Source: Minisyncoccota bacterium
GTDB lineage: Bacteria; Patescibacteriota; Minisyncoccia; Phycocordibacterales; SW-6-46-9
Assembly (NCBI GenBank): GCA_040904005.1
Contig: JBBDUH010000018.1
Coordinates: 1-51,095 of the forward strand
DNA length: 51,095 nt
Reading direction: 5' to 3'
Positions 17,655-26,813 of this stretch are shown piece by piece. The notes under the pieces are model-generated. The model ran no database searches, was not told the origin of the DNA, and saw only the letters and a list, made by a program, of their open reading frames with translations. The translations under genes and the position numbers were made by a program. Position 1 is the first letter of the stretch. Every line of letters starts with the position of its first letter.

Positions 17655-18797
17655 TTATCGCTGCAAAGCTTCGATACCGGGGAGGGTTTCCTGAGATAAA
17701 AACGTAATCATCGCCCCGCCGGCAGTCGAAACAAAGGAAAAATCATCTGGTCTCGTATCATCGAGAATTACTGCAGCGGTATCACCGCCGCCAAGAATGG
17801 TCTTACCGGCCATCTTCTTCAGGGCAGCGGCCAGCTTATCCGTCGCTTCTGAGTATCCTTTCTCATACCAGCCGAGCGGCCCATTCCAGACCACAAGCTT
17901 CGCTTCCCTGCAGGCAGCAATTATTCCCTCTAGCGTCTCAGGCCCAAGGTCAACAATCGTCTCGTCATCGGCAACATCATCAGCTGATGCAATGGTCGTC
18001 GCTCCATCTGCAGACAGCACCAGCACATCCGTTGGTAACTTAAGAGCAGCACTAGCCAGGCCACCAGAGAGATTAAACTCTTCTTCCGGCACCACAGAGC
18101 TACCGACCGACTGGCCACCGGCAGCCAGGTAAGCATTGGCCAAAGCGCCACCGACAAACACCTGATCAGCAACACTGGAGAACTTCTCGACTAGTGGTAG
18201 CTTGGTGGAGAACTTGGCACCGCCGAGAATAAACACAAACGGATGCTCCGGATCCAACACCGTACTCAGCGTTTCGTACTCCTCCATAAACTGCCGGCCG
18301 GCATAGGCTGGCAGAAGCGTCGGCAGGCCAACAATTGAGGCATGCTCGCGATGAGAAGCCGAAAAGGCATCATTAACATAGATGTCCGCATAACCAGCCA
18401 GCATCCGAGCAAACTCTGGGTCATTCGCCTTCTCCCCTTCGTACTGACGGAGGTTTTCTAAAATAATTATCTCTCCATCCTGCATGGCATCAATCGCTTC
18501 CTGGGCGGATCCATTTGCATAGTCAGTGACAAATGTTAGGTCGAAGTGCTCCCTTAAGTATGAGAAGACTGGTGCAAACGTATTTTCTGTATTGCCTGAC
18601 ATGTGGCCAGCCAAAATAATCCGCGCGCCGTGCTGGCGCAGCCAGTTAATCGTTGGTAGTAGTTTTTGCAGCCGATAATCATCAGTAATCGCGCCGTTTT
18701 CTGTCGGTACATTCAAAGCACCACGCAGAAAGACCCGTCGGCCACGCAGACCCTTTATATCTTCCAGTGTTTGTAGATTACTCATCGGCAAGTTCAT
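17655..18797 (-). CDS. pgk: phosphoglycerate kinase
   Basis: 380 aa with PGK motifs (RVFLRGALNVP, GGAKFSTKL, GGGDTAA). Confidence 0.95.
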   Translation of the reverse strand: MNLPMSNLQTLEDIKGLRGRRVFLRGALNVPTENGAITDDYRLQKLLPTINWLRQHGARIILAGHMSGNTENTFAPVFSYLREHFDLTFVTDYANGSAQEAIDAMQDGEIIILENLRQYEGEKANDPEFARMLAGYADIYVNDAFSASHREHASIVGLPTLLPAYAGRQFMEEYETLSTVLDPEHPFVFILGGAKFSTKLPLVEKFSSVADQVFVGGALANAYLAAGGQSVGSSVVPEEEFNLSGGLASAALKLPTDVLVLSADGATTIASADDVADDETIVDLGPETLEGIIAACREAKLVVWNGPLGWYEKGYSEATDKLAAALKKMAGKTILGGGDTAAVILDDTRPDDFSFVSTAGGAMITFLSQETLPGIEALQR

Positions 18798-19581
18798 CGC
18801 TTACATCGTTAACAATCCGCAGAATATCAGAGAAGTGAGTGACTTCAAGCGACGCACCACCAACAAGAAAGCCATCAACATCGGTGCCAACGAAAAGCTC
18901 CTCAGCATTATCACGCTTGACCGAACCACCGTAGAGAACATTGGTACTCTGAGCTAACTTTGCAGAAAAATGCTTGGCGAGCACCTTGCGAATAAAGAGT
19001 GCTGCCTGATGCAAATCATGCGGAGTAACCGCCTTGCTTGCGCCGCCGCCAATCGCCCAGAGTGGCTCGTAGGCAATTGTCAGCTGATCATAAAAGGGAT
19101 CCGGTACCGCGCGAAAGACATCGACAATCTGAGCCTCAAGAAAGTGGAGGAACTTGCCGTCATCATCACGCTCACTCTCACCAATGCAGTAGATGACTTC
19201 CAGATCTGCTGCCAGGGCATTCTTGATCTTTTTGTTGATGGTCGCCTCCTTCTCACCCATGGCCCGGCGCTCGGAATGGCCGATGATAACTACCTGCACG
19301 CCGGAGTCGGCCAGCATATCTGCCGACATCTCACCGGTCTGAGCACCTGTTCCAGAAAAACGCGAAACATCCTGGCTACCAAGGAGAATCTTGGCCCCGC
19401 CGTACCCTTCTGTTAGTGCACCGAGAAAAAGCGCCGGTGGGCAGAGCACTGTCGTCACTAGCTTGAGGTACGAAGCAGTGCGCTTGATACCAGAAAAAAG
19501 ATTTTGGGCGTCACGTAGGTTGCTCGGATTCATCTTCCAGTTAGCAACGACTAGCGGTGATGTTAGTTTGGGTGTTTTCAT
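18778..19581 (-). CDS. tpiA: triosephosphate isomerase
   Basis: 267 aa with VANWKMN, IGHSERR, YEPLWAIG and GGASL. Its 3' end overlaps the pgk start by 20 nt. Confidence 0.95.
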   Translation of the reverse strand: MKTPKLTSPLVVANWKMNPSNLRDAQNLFSGIKRTASYLKLVTTVLCPPALFLGALTEGYGGAKILLGSQDVSRFSGTGAQTGEMSADMLADSGVQVVIIGHSERRAMGEKEATINKKIKNALAADLEVIYCIGESERDDDGKFLHFLEAQIVDVFRAVPDPFYDQLTIAYEPLWAIGGGASKAVTPHDLHQAALFIRKVLAKHFSAKLAQSTNVLYGGSVKRDNAEELFVGTDVDGFLVGGASLEVTHFSDILRIVNDVSDELADE

Positions 19582-19599
19582 AAGGATATTGTAGCATTT

Positions 19600-19655
19600 A
19601 CCCGGTTAAATAATCCCTCGAAGGGGGATTACAGCGTAGCTGCATTTAACCGGGT
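19600..19655. repeat. F-element copy 1
   Basis: 12-bp stem ACCCGGTTAAAT / ATTTAACCGGGT encloses hairpin AATCCC-TCGAA-GGGGGATT. The second copy is at 23342-23389. Confidence 0.6.
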
Positions 19656-19790
19656 GATCCCGCCTGTCTGAAGCCTTGGGTATATGAAAGTGCTTTTCTA
19701 TTCTTTATACAAGGTTGTAACCAGAGTAAAATGATGATATATTTCGAGTAATGATGTCCGCAGCCAGCGCCGGCCCGGGCAATTATTTTT

Positions 19791-19923
19791 AAATAAGCGC
19801 CCGATATCTTTTGCTACGCTAGTAGCAAAAGAACGGTCGCGCGAATTTATGTCCGCGCCCTGAGCAAAGCGAAGAAGTGCTCTTCGAGTAAATTTTGTCA
19901 TTGATATGACAAAATTCCTGGAC
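19791..19923 (+). repeat. E-element copy 3 (carries an extra GC-rich hairpin insert)
   Basis: AAATAAGCGCCCGATATC, hairpin CTTTTGCTA..TAGCAAAAG, core GAACGGTCGCGCGAATTTATGTCC, inserted hairpin GAGCA..TGCTC, then AAATTTTGTCAT-TGAT-ATGACAAAATT and CCTGGAC. Confidence 0.7.
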
Positions 19924-19985
19924 GAAGTAAACTTATTGCCAGCGAGCAACAGACACGCAACCGATTACAACTTAATATTTTTGTT

Positions 19986-21335
19986 ATGTTTGACCTTAAA
20001 GTTATCAATTCAGTACTAAACCAGCTCGAAAACGATCGCGGAATTCCGCGTGCAAAGGCACTCGATGCCATCGAGCAGGCACTCGCTAGTGCTTATAAAA
20101 AAGAATACGGGAAACGCGGCCAGATTATCCGCGCCAGCTTTAATGAAGATGAGGGCACCGTCACCTTTCAGCAGGTAAAGGAGGTTGCCGATGATTCTGT
20201 TGTAATACTACCGGATGAAGACCCAGAATCACTAAGTAAAGACGATGAACGCGAACGCTTCGACGATGAGCGCCACATCATGATCACAGATGCAAAGCGC
20301 ATCAAGAGTAATGCTGAGGTTGGAGACGAAATAGCCTTCCCTCTCGAAGACAAAGACGACTACGGACGCATCTCAACGCAGACGGCTAAGCAGGTAATCA
20401 TCCAGAAGATTCGCGAGGCCGAGAAGGTTTCCGTTCATGACGAGTTCGCCGAGAAGAGGGGTGAGATTGTTAGCGGTACCGTCCAGCGTTTCGAGCGCGG
20501 TAATCTCTACATTGACCTAGGGCGAGCGACCGGAATCATGACATATAAAGAGCAGATCCCGGGTGAGCGATTCCGGCAGGGTGAGCGTATTCGTGCTTAC
20601 CTACTTGATGTTGAGGAGTCATCTCGAGGTATCTTCCTCAAGCTATCGCGCTCAACACCAAAGTTTCTACAAAAACTCTTTGAGCTGGAAGCACCGGAGG
20701 TTGCTAGCGGTGTAGTAGAAATCAAGTCCATCGCTCGTGAGGCCGGCAGTCGCTCAAAGGTTGCTGTTCACTCCGACGATGAGTACATCGACCCGGTCGG
20801 CGCCTGTGTTGGCCAGCGTGGTGTGCGTGTCTCTACTGTTATGAGCGCCCTCGGCAACGAGAAAATCGACATCATTGAGTGGTCTGAAAATCCAAATATA
20901 TTTGTTGAGAAGGCTCTGTCCCCGGCCGAAGTAATGCGAGTTGATCTGGATGAAGAGACTGCCGAAGCACAGGCCTACGTGATGGCCGACCAGCAATCGC
21001 TAGCAATCGGAAAGGGTGGGCAGAATGCACGCCTGGCTGCCAAACTAACTGGCTGGACCATCGATATCCGCGCCATTGGTGGCGAAGACAAAGAAGAGGG
21101 GGCTAATGAAGATGAGGAAGAGAACGACCCTTCTACAGACGAAGCAGAAACTGCGGTCGACTCAGTAGATAACGAAGATGTGGAGGTTGGCACTGAGGAT
21201 TCGGCTGCAGAAATAGGAGAAAATGAGTCTGAAGGATCAACTCCAGAGGAAGGTGAGGACAAAACCGAGGACCCTACAGAGGAATCTACAGAAACTCAGG
21301 AGGCAGATGAAAGTGTGGATGAAGATGAAGAGTAA
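19986..21335 (+). CDS. nusA: transcription termination/antitermination factor NusA with long acidic C-terminal tail
   Basis: 449 aa with NusA N-domain, S1 and KH motifs (GEIVSGTVQRFERGNLYIDLG, CVGQRGVRV, AIGKGGQNARLA). The last ~90 aa are rich in D and E. Confidence 0.95.
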   Translation: MFDLKVINSVLNQLENDRGIPRAKALDAIEQALASAYKKEYGKRGQIIRASFNEDEGTVTFQQVKEVADDSVVILPDEDPESLSKDDERERFDDERHIMITDAKRIKSNAEVGDEIAFPLEDKDDYGRISTQTAKQVIIQKIREAEKVSVHDEFAEKRGEIVSGTVQRFERGNLYIDLGRATGIMTYKEQIPGERFRQGERIRAYLLDVEESSRGIFLKLSRSTPKFLQKLFELEAPEVASGVVEIKSIAREAGSRSKVAVHSDDEYIDPVGACVGQRGVRVSTVMSALGNEKIDIIEWSENPNIFVEKALSPAEVMRVDLDEETAEAQAYVMADQQSLAIGKGGQNARLAAKLTGWTIDIRAIGGEDKEEGANEDEEENDPSTDEAETAVDSVDNEDVEVGTEDSAAEIGENESEGSTPEEGEDKTEDPTEESTETQEADESVDEDEE

Positions 21336-21384
21336 CTTTTTATTTCTAGCCAGCTAACAAGCTATTACCTAATTAAGCTAAATC

Positions 21385-21909
21385 ATGAACTATCTACACG
21401 AAATTACTTCCGGTACCCCAGAGGCCATCAACACCATTGTTGAAATTCCGAGGGGTTCTAAAAATAAATATGAAATCGATAAGGACTCTGGCTTAATCGC
21501 TCTGGATCGCCCGGCTCACACCGCCCAGGACTTCCCTTTTGACTACGGCTTCGTACCGCAAACATGGTGGGACGATGGAGACCCTGTGGATGTTATTATC
21601 CTTGCCTCCTTTCCGATCCATCCAGGTGTGCTCGTGCATGTTCGCCCAGTCGGTATCATGAACATGATCGATGACGGCGATGCCGATGATAAAGTCATCG
21701 GCGTGCCAGTCACCGACCCGCGTTTCTTCAATGTTCAAGATATTGACGATGTAAACCCGCACACCTTGCGTGAAATGGAGCACTTCTACTCAACCTACAA
21801 ACGCCTACAAGACAACGTGGTTGAGGTTGCTGGCTTCAAAGACAAAGCAGCCGCCGTGGCCGCATTCGAGCGCGGACAGGAACTTTACAAAGAAAAATTT
21901 GGTAACTAA
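21385..21909 (+). CDS. ppa: inorganic pyrophosphatase (family I)
   Basis: 174 aa with EIPRGSKNKYE, DGDPVDV and DDGDADDK. Confidence 0.95.
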   Translation: MNYLHEITSGTPEAINTIVEIPRGSKNKYEIDKDSGLIALDRPAHTAQDFPFDYGFVPQTWWDDGDPVDVIILASFPIHPGVLVHVRPVGIMNMIDDGDADDKVIGVPVTDPRFFNVQDIDDVNPHTLREMEHFYSTYKRLQDNVVEVAGFKDKAAAVAAFERGQELYKEKFGN

Positions 21910-21919
21910 CCATCAGATT

Positions 21920-22216
21920 ATGAACACTAACAACAAGAAAACAATGAATCACGAAGTGGTGCAGGATGAAGCACAGCAAAAACGCCACCCAGTGCTGGCT
22001 GTGCGCAACCTCCTGCCCAGCATTATTAAGGAAGAAAACGGTACCAACTGGTCTACTCATCTTAAGGATTTCTGGCAGCACCTATCTTCGCGACTACAGT
22101 CCTGGGGCCGTTCACTGATCGCCTCTAAAGAGACCCTGGCTGCCACGACAGCCGTAGTAATCATTGCTACTGCAGTCATCGCTCTATATATCTACGGAGC
22201 CGCCCTTGCTGCCTAA
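21920..22216 (+). CDS. hypothetical small protein with C-terminal TM helix (98 aa)
   Basis: Track ORF 21770..22216 overlaps ppa. It is trimmed to ATG 21920 (MNTNNKKTMNHE..). The C-terminal segment AATTAVVIIATAVIALYIYGAALAA is hydrophobic. Confidence 0.45.
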   Translation: MNTNNKKTMNHEVVQDEAQQKRHPVLAVRNLLPSIIKEENGTNWSTHLKDFWQHLSSRLQSWGRSLIASKETLAATTAVVIIATAVIALYIYGAALAA

Positions 22217-22253
22217 TCGAGAAGCTCACTACAAGCTTAAGTTTACGTAACAC

Positions 22254-23336
22254 ATGTCCAAAAAAGAACTCGACTACGATGCCAAAATTAAAAAACAAGA
22301 CGGAGAAGCCATTATCACGGCCGTGATCTCTTGGGATACATTGAAATCCTTCCGCCCGCAGGCGCTGGAAGGATTACGAGAAAACGTCTCCATCGACGGC
22401 TTCCGCAAAGGTAAAATCCCCGAGAAGGTACTGGAGGAACATGTTGGTCCAATGGGAATCATTTCCGAAATGGCACAGCTAGCAATCTCAGAAGCCTACC
22501 CAAAAATTATTACCGCAGAAAAGCTACAAACAATAGGTCGACCTGATGTCCAGATCACCAAAATTTCTAAAGGCAACCCACTTGAGTTCAAGGCCACAGC
22601 CACACTGATGCCAACTGTTGAGCTACCGAAGGATTATCTTAAGCCGGCTGGAAAGGCCTGGGCAGAGGCTGAAAGCGAAGCTGGTGAGGTTAGTGACGAA
22701 GATGTTACTGAAGCAATTGAGAGTATCCGTCAGCAATGGGCGCGGGCACAGGCGATGCAGGAAGCTGACGAGGACGTAAACCCGGCTGAGCTGGAGATTG
22801 ACGAAGAAGAACTACCAGAAGTAACCGATGAGTTTGTGTCTCAAATTTCTGAAGCTAAAACTGTTGCTGAGTTTAAGCAGGTTTTGAAGGAAAACATCGC
22901 CGCTCAGAACGAACGTAAAAGCAAAGAGGCAAAGCGCTCAGCTTTGCTTCAGGCCATTGTTGATACAGCTAAAGCAGACCTGCCTAGCCTTATTATTGAG
23001 AGCGAACTAGATAAGATGATGGCGCAGTTTGAAAGCGACGTTACGCGTGCTGGAATGGAACTTGATGACTACTTTAAGCAGACAGAGGTAAGCAAGGAAG
23101 AGATGCGCGACAAATGGCGTCCGGATGCCGCGCGGCGCGCCAAGACCCAGCTGGTCCTAAACAAGATTGCTGCCGATGAAAGCATCCAGGCTGATGATGA
23201 AGCGGTGGATCGAGAAGTTGAACAAATCGTCAACCAGTACAAGGAGGTACCGGAGGATCGCGCACGTATGTTTGTTCGCTCACGGATGATTAATGAGAAC
23301 ACAATCCAGTGGCTGGAAGAACAGGTGCAGTCATAA
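22254..23336 (+). CDS. tig: trigger factor lacking the PPIase domain
   Basis: 360 aa. The N-domain has the ribosome-binding signature GFRKGKIP. The C-domain follows after only ~25 acidic residues, where the ~95-aa FKBP domain normally sits. Confidence 0.85.
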   Translation: MSKKELDYDAKIKKQDGEAIITAVISWDTLKSFRPQALEGLRENVSIDGFRKGKIPEKVLEEHVGPMGIISEMAQLAISEAYPKIITAEKLQTIGRPDVQITKISKGNPLEFKATATLMPTVELPKDYLKPAGKAWAEAESEAGEVSDEDVTEAIESIRQQWARAQAMQEADEDVNPAELEIDEEELPEVTDEFVSQISEAKTVAEFKQVLKENIAAQNERKSKEAKRSALLQAIVDTAKADLPSLIIESELDKMMAQFESDVTRAGMELDDYFKQTEVSKEEMRDKWRPDAARRAKTQLVLNKIAADESIQADDEAVDREVEQIVNQYKEVPEDRARMFVRSRMINENTIQWLEEQVQS

Positions 23337-23341
23337 AGTTC

Positions 23342-23389
23342 ACCCAGTTAAATAATTTTCGAAGAAAATTGCTTCGCATTTAACCGGGT
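23342..23389. repeat. F-element copy 2
   Basis: ACCCAGTTAAAT / ATTTAACCGGGT encloses AATTTTC-GAA-GAAAATT. The inner stem is compensated relative to copy 1. Confidence 0.6.
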
Positions 23390-23450
23390 AAAAAGTAGAA
23401 AGTATAAAGTCTGCTAAAGTGTTAAAATAAATCCATAACAAAGCATTACC

Positions 23451-24053
23451 ATGTCTAATTTAATTCCAACAGTAATAGAAAAAACCAATCGTGGCGAGCG
23501 AGCCTACGACATCTACTCGCGCCTCTTAAAGGAGCGCATTGTCTTTCTGGGTGGACCGATCTACGACCAGGTCGCCAACACCGTCATCGCCCAGCTCCTC
23601 TATCTAGAGAGTGAGGCACCCGACAAAGACATCTCACTTTACATCAACTCTCCAGGTGGATCCGTCACCGCTACATTGGCGATGCTCGACACGATGAACT
23701 ACGTCCAGTGTGACATCCAGACCATCTGTGTTGGTATCGCTGCCTCTGGTGGTGCTGTGCTTCTCTCAGCCGGAGAGAAAGGTAAACGCTTCTGCCTTGA
23801 AAACTCCGAGGTGATGATCCACCAACCCCACGGTGGTGCCGAAGGACAAGCGACAGATATTGAGATCACGGCCAAGCACATTCTGAAAACGCGTGAACGT
23901 CTCAATGAGATCATGGCCGAGAATACCGGGCAGACCGTCAAGAAGATCCAGGACGATGTCGACCGCGACTTCTTTATGACCGCTGAGGAAGCCAAGGGGT
24001 ACGGGATTATTGATGAAATCATGCAGAGTAAGAAAAAGAAATCTACAAAGTAG
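23451..24053 (+). CDS. clpP: ATP-dependent Clp protease proteolytic subunit
   Basis: 200 aa. Contains [20 protein letters not shown], and the catalytic Ser, His and Asp lie in conserved contexts ([13 protein letters not shown]). Confidence 0.97.
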   Translation: MSNLIPTVIEKTNRGERAYDIYSRLLKERIVFLGGPIYDQVANTVIAQLLYLESEAPDKDISLYINSPGGSVTATLAMLDTMNYVQCDIQTICVGIAASGGAVLLSAGEKGKRFCLENSEVMIHQPHGGAEGQATDIEITAKHILKTRERLNEIMAENTGQTVKKIQDDVDRDFFMTAEEAKGYGIIDEIMQSKKKKSTK

Positions 24054-24086
24054 ATTTCTTCCGTAACATAAAGCGTGTAACGTAAA

Positions 24087-24110
24087 AGTGCCTTCTTGGG
24101 CGCTTTTTTA
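24087..24110 (+). terminator. Terminator after clpP
   Basis: AGTGCC-TTCTTG-GGCGCT (one G-U pair) followed by TTTTTT. Confidence 0.6.
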
Positions 24111-24138
24111 ATACCTACAAATGGCCACGATCAATAGT

Positions 24139-24166
24139 TTGACAAGTTTACTAAATATAGTATTAT
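24139..24166 (+). promoter_or_regulatory. Cassette promoter, copy 1
   Basis: TTGACAAG (24139-), a 16-nt spacer and TATTAT (24161-24166). The whole stretch 24104-24200 is homologous to 24646-24745. Confidence 0.55.
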
Positions 24167-24200
24167 AGCACCAGAAGTTGAATAGAAACGTTCATTAAAA

Positions 24201-24596
24201 ATGGTGATTGTTATGAGCACTAAATCATTAATGTTCTCTGTGGTCGCTTCCTTTTCGACCATCCCAGGATTTTTCCTGTCATATTTTTTAGTATTCTGGC
24301 CAGCTGCCATGTTTTTCTCTCTTTTATTTGGTGTATTTATCGCCACAATTGAGACAAAATACGGTCATATATCGTGGCTAGATATATGTGCAATGGGAGT
24401 AGGGATGTTCATCGGAGCCGGCGTTCTTGGCTCAGTAGATATGGCTTTTATGAACCAGTATTTCAACAATATGTTTATAGCGACTATTGTTAACGCCGGG
24501 GTCATTCCAGCAGGATTTCTCTTCGGAGTAGGAATACATGACTTTTGGCACTGGATAAAAAGAGCTGCATCAAAACAAATGTTTCTGTCTATTTAA
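24201..24596 (+). CDS. hypothetical polytopic membrane protein (131 aa)
   Basis: ORF with about 4 hydrophobic helices. The start is uncertain (ATG 24201 or 24213). No family recognised. Confidence 0.55.
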   Translation: MVIVMSTKSLMFSVVASFSTIPGFFLSYFLVFWPAAMFFSLLFGVFIATIETKYGHISWLDICAMGVGMFIGAGVLGSVDMAFMNQYFNNMFIATIVNAGVIPAGFLFGVGIHDFWHWIKRAASKQMFLSI

Positions 24597-24619
24597 TTAA
24601 ATAGACACGAAATAATCCA

Positions 24620-24652
24620 AAGTCGCTTGTGTAACCACGAGCGGCTTTTTTA
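24620..24652 (+). terminator. Cassette terminator, copy 1
   Basis: GTCGCTTGTG-TAAC-CACGAGCGGC followed by TTTTTT. A near-identical terminator is at 25079-25110. Confidence 0.75.
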
Positions 24653-24680
24653 ATACCTACACATGGCTGTAATCTCTGGC

Positions 24681-24708
24681 TTGACAAGTATTTACAATAT
24701 GTTATTCT
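24681..24708 (+). promoter_or_regulatory. Cassette promoter, copy 2
   Basis: TTGACAAG (24681-), a 16-nt spacer and TATTCT (24703-24708). Confidence 0.5.
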
Positions 24709-24762
24709 AATAGTAGAAGTTAAAATAAAAATGTTCATTCAAACACTCGAGAGGATAAGATA

Positions 24763-25053
24763 ATGAAAAAACACATTGTAATACAAAGCATAGCTACATT
24801 CGCACCTGCTGCAGAAAAAAGCTATACTGTCGCCAATACAAAGATTACAACCTTTTTTGCAGAAAAAGCCGAAGATGTACTAGACGAGTGGGAACACATC
24901 TGTAAAGAAATGGAACCTTTTGGTTACTATTGTAATTCCGAAACGAAAACAATATATCTGTTTCCAGACGGAACAAAAGAAGAGTTTGCAGAAGATTCTG
25001 ATGTAAACAAACTCTTTCTCGAGATATTAAACAAAAGATTTCGACCTAGATAA
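24763..25053 (+). CDS. hypothetical protein (96 aa)
   Basis: ORF with SD GAGAGGA. No family recognised. Confidence 0.55.
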   Translation: MKKHIVIQSIATFAPAAEKSYTVANTKITTFFAEKAEDVLDEWEHICKEMEPFGYYCNSETKTIYLFPDGTKEEFAEDSDVNKLFLEILNKRFRPR

Positions 25054-25078
25054 ACCGATCTTTTTCTAATAATTCAAA

Positions 25079-25110
25079 GCCGCTTGTGTAACCACGAGCG
25101 GCTTTTTTAT
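25079..25110 (+). terminator. Cassette terminator, copy 2
   Basis: GCCGCTTGTG-TAAC-CACGAGCGGC followed by TTTTTT. Confidence 0.8.
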
Positions 25111-25292
25111 TTTTACGATCCTTATGACGATACACGCTTTGCGCTCCACGCTACACATTTTGCGTTCCATGATTGCTTCTGGCTTTATGCTGCAGCTTGT
25201 CGTACTATGAAAACACGACTGATTACCCGCGGAACCGCCACGCCTGCATACCTGAGAAACTGAACAATTTTTATAAACTTACGAGAGTTCCC

Positions 25293-26813
25293 ATGACAAT
25301 ACTGATAACCGCCACCATCGCTGGCCTTGTGGGTCTTGCTGCCGGTTTCGCTCTGCGTCGCTTAATCCTGCTTTCACAACGCTCAACTCTTGAACTGGAG
25401 CTGAAGGAAAAGAGATTAAAGGCCAAGGAGGAAGCCGCCGAAGTGAAGAAGCAGGCAGAAAAAGAAGCAGCGAAGATAACTAAATCAGCACAAAGAGAGG
25501 CCGGGAGGCTGCGGCAGGATCTGGCTGCAGAAAAGTCTGGAGTAACCGAGGCACAAACCAATCTCACAACAGAGCGTAACCGTTTGGAGGAGGATAAAGC
25601 AGTTCTGAAAAGTAGGAAAGAGCAGCTCGAAGAAGCCAAATCTAAACTTGCGAAACGTCACACAGAACTGGAGCTTGAGCTGGCCGAAGTGGCCGGCATA
25701 AGCAAATCTGAGGCCCGCAGGATTCTGTTGACCGAGCTCCGGGAGCAGCACGCCGACGATCTGGCCATCCGCCGTAAAAAGCTTGAAACCTACAACAAAG
25801 AGAGTCTGGAAGAACGAGCCCGTGAGATTCTTGCCAGCGTTCTTCAGCGCCTCTCCCGTTCTGTCGATCCAGAAATTCTTTCTACTAAGGTCACACTAAG
25901 CAACGACGATCTCAAAGGGAAGATAATCGGTAAGGAGGGCCGCAACATTCGCGCCTTCCAGCAGGCCACCGGAGTTGAGGTCATCATCGATGAGACGCCA
26001 GAAACTGTCACCATCTCTTCCTACGACCCGATCCGTAGAGCTATCGCCAAGTACGCTCTCGATCTTCTCTTGGAGGACGGCCGGGTTCAGCCGGCTCGTA
26101 TTGAGCAGTTTGTTGCTGACGCCAAGGAGAAGGTGAATCGTATCACCAAGGAGCGCGGTGAGGCAGCGGCCCAGGAGCTTGGGCTTATGTCACTGGACAG
26201 TCGCATCATTGCCATCCTCGGTCGGCTGCACTTTCGCACCAGCTACGGACAGAATGTGCTTGAGCACTCCATTGAGGCTGCTCATATTGCCCAGATGCTT
26301 GCTTATGAGCTCGGTGCTGATCCACAGATTGCCAAGGCTGGCGCGCTTGTCCATGACATTGGCAAGGCTGTTGACCATGAGCTCTCCGGCTCACATGTTG
26401 ATATCGGTATTCATATTCTCACTAAATTTAGTGCAGACGAGAAAGTCATCAGCGCAATGAAGTCACATCACGACGACTGCCCACACGCCTCCTTAGAGGC
26501 CGTGATTGTTCAGGTTGCTGACAGCGTTTCTGGTGCTCGCCCCGGTGCCCGCAAGCAGTCGATCGAGAGCTACATCAGTCGCCTCCAGGAGCTGGAAAAG
26601 ATTGCTGATGAAATCGAGGGTGTGGTTAATTCATACGCCATCGAGGCCGGTCGGGAGGTGCGCGTGTTTGTGAACTCTAGCCAGGTGAATGAATCGCAGG
26701 CCTATCAAATTGCACGCCAAATTGCCACCCAGATCGAGAGTCGAGTCAGCTATCCGGGTGAGGTGAAGGTGCATGTCATCCGCGAAACCCGCCTGACACA
26801 CTACGCGCGCTAA
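25293..26813 (+). CDS. rny: ribonuclease Y
   Basis: The track ORF starts at 25173. It is trimmed to ATG 25293 (MTILITATIAGLVGLAAGF.., a TM anchor). Contains a coiled coil, a KH domain (GKIIGKEGRNIRAF) and an HD domain (HDIGK). Confidence 0.93.
   Translation: MTILITATIAGLVGLAAGFALRRLILLSQRSTLELELKEKRLKAKEEAAEVKKQAEKEAAKITKSAQREAGRLRQDLAAEKSGVTEAQTNLTTERNRLEEDKAVLKSRKEQLEEAKSKLAKRHTELELELAEVAGISKSEARRILLTELREQHADDLAIRRKKLETYNKESLEERAREILASVLQRLSRSVDPEILSTKVTLSNDDLKGKIIGKEGRNIRAFQQATGVEVIIDETPETVTISSYDPIRRAIAKYALDLLLEDGRVQPARIEQFVADAKEKVNRITKERGEAAAQELGLMSLDSRIIAILGRLHFRTSYGQNVLEHSIEAAHIAQMLAYELGADPQIAKAGALVHDIGKAVDHELSGSHVDIGIHILTKFSADEKVISAMKSHHDDCPHASLEAVIVQVADSVSGARPGARKQSIESYISRLQELEKIADEIEGVVNSYAIEAGREVRVFVNSSQVNESQAYQIARQIATQIESRVSYPGEVKVHVIRETRLTHYAR

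Noticed and set aside
19698-19949. Track ORF 19698..19949 (- strand, 83 aa)
   Set aside because: It is almost entirely made of E-element copy 3 read antisense. The other E copies do not keep this frame open.
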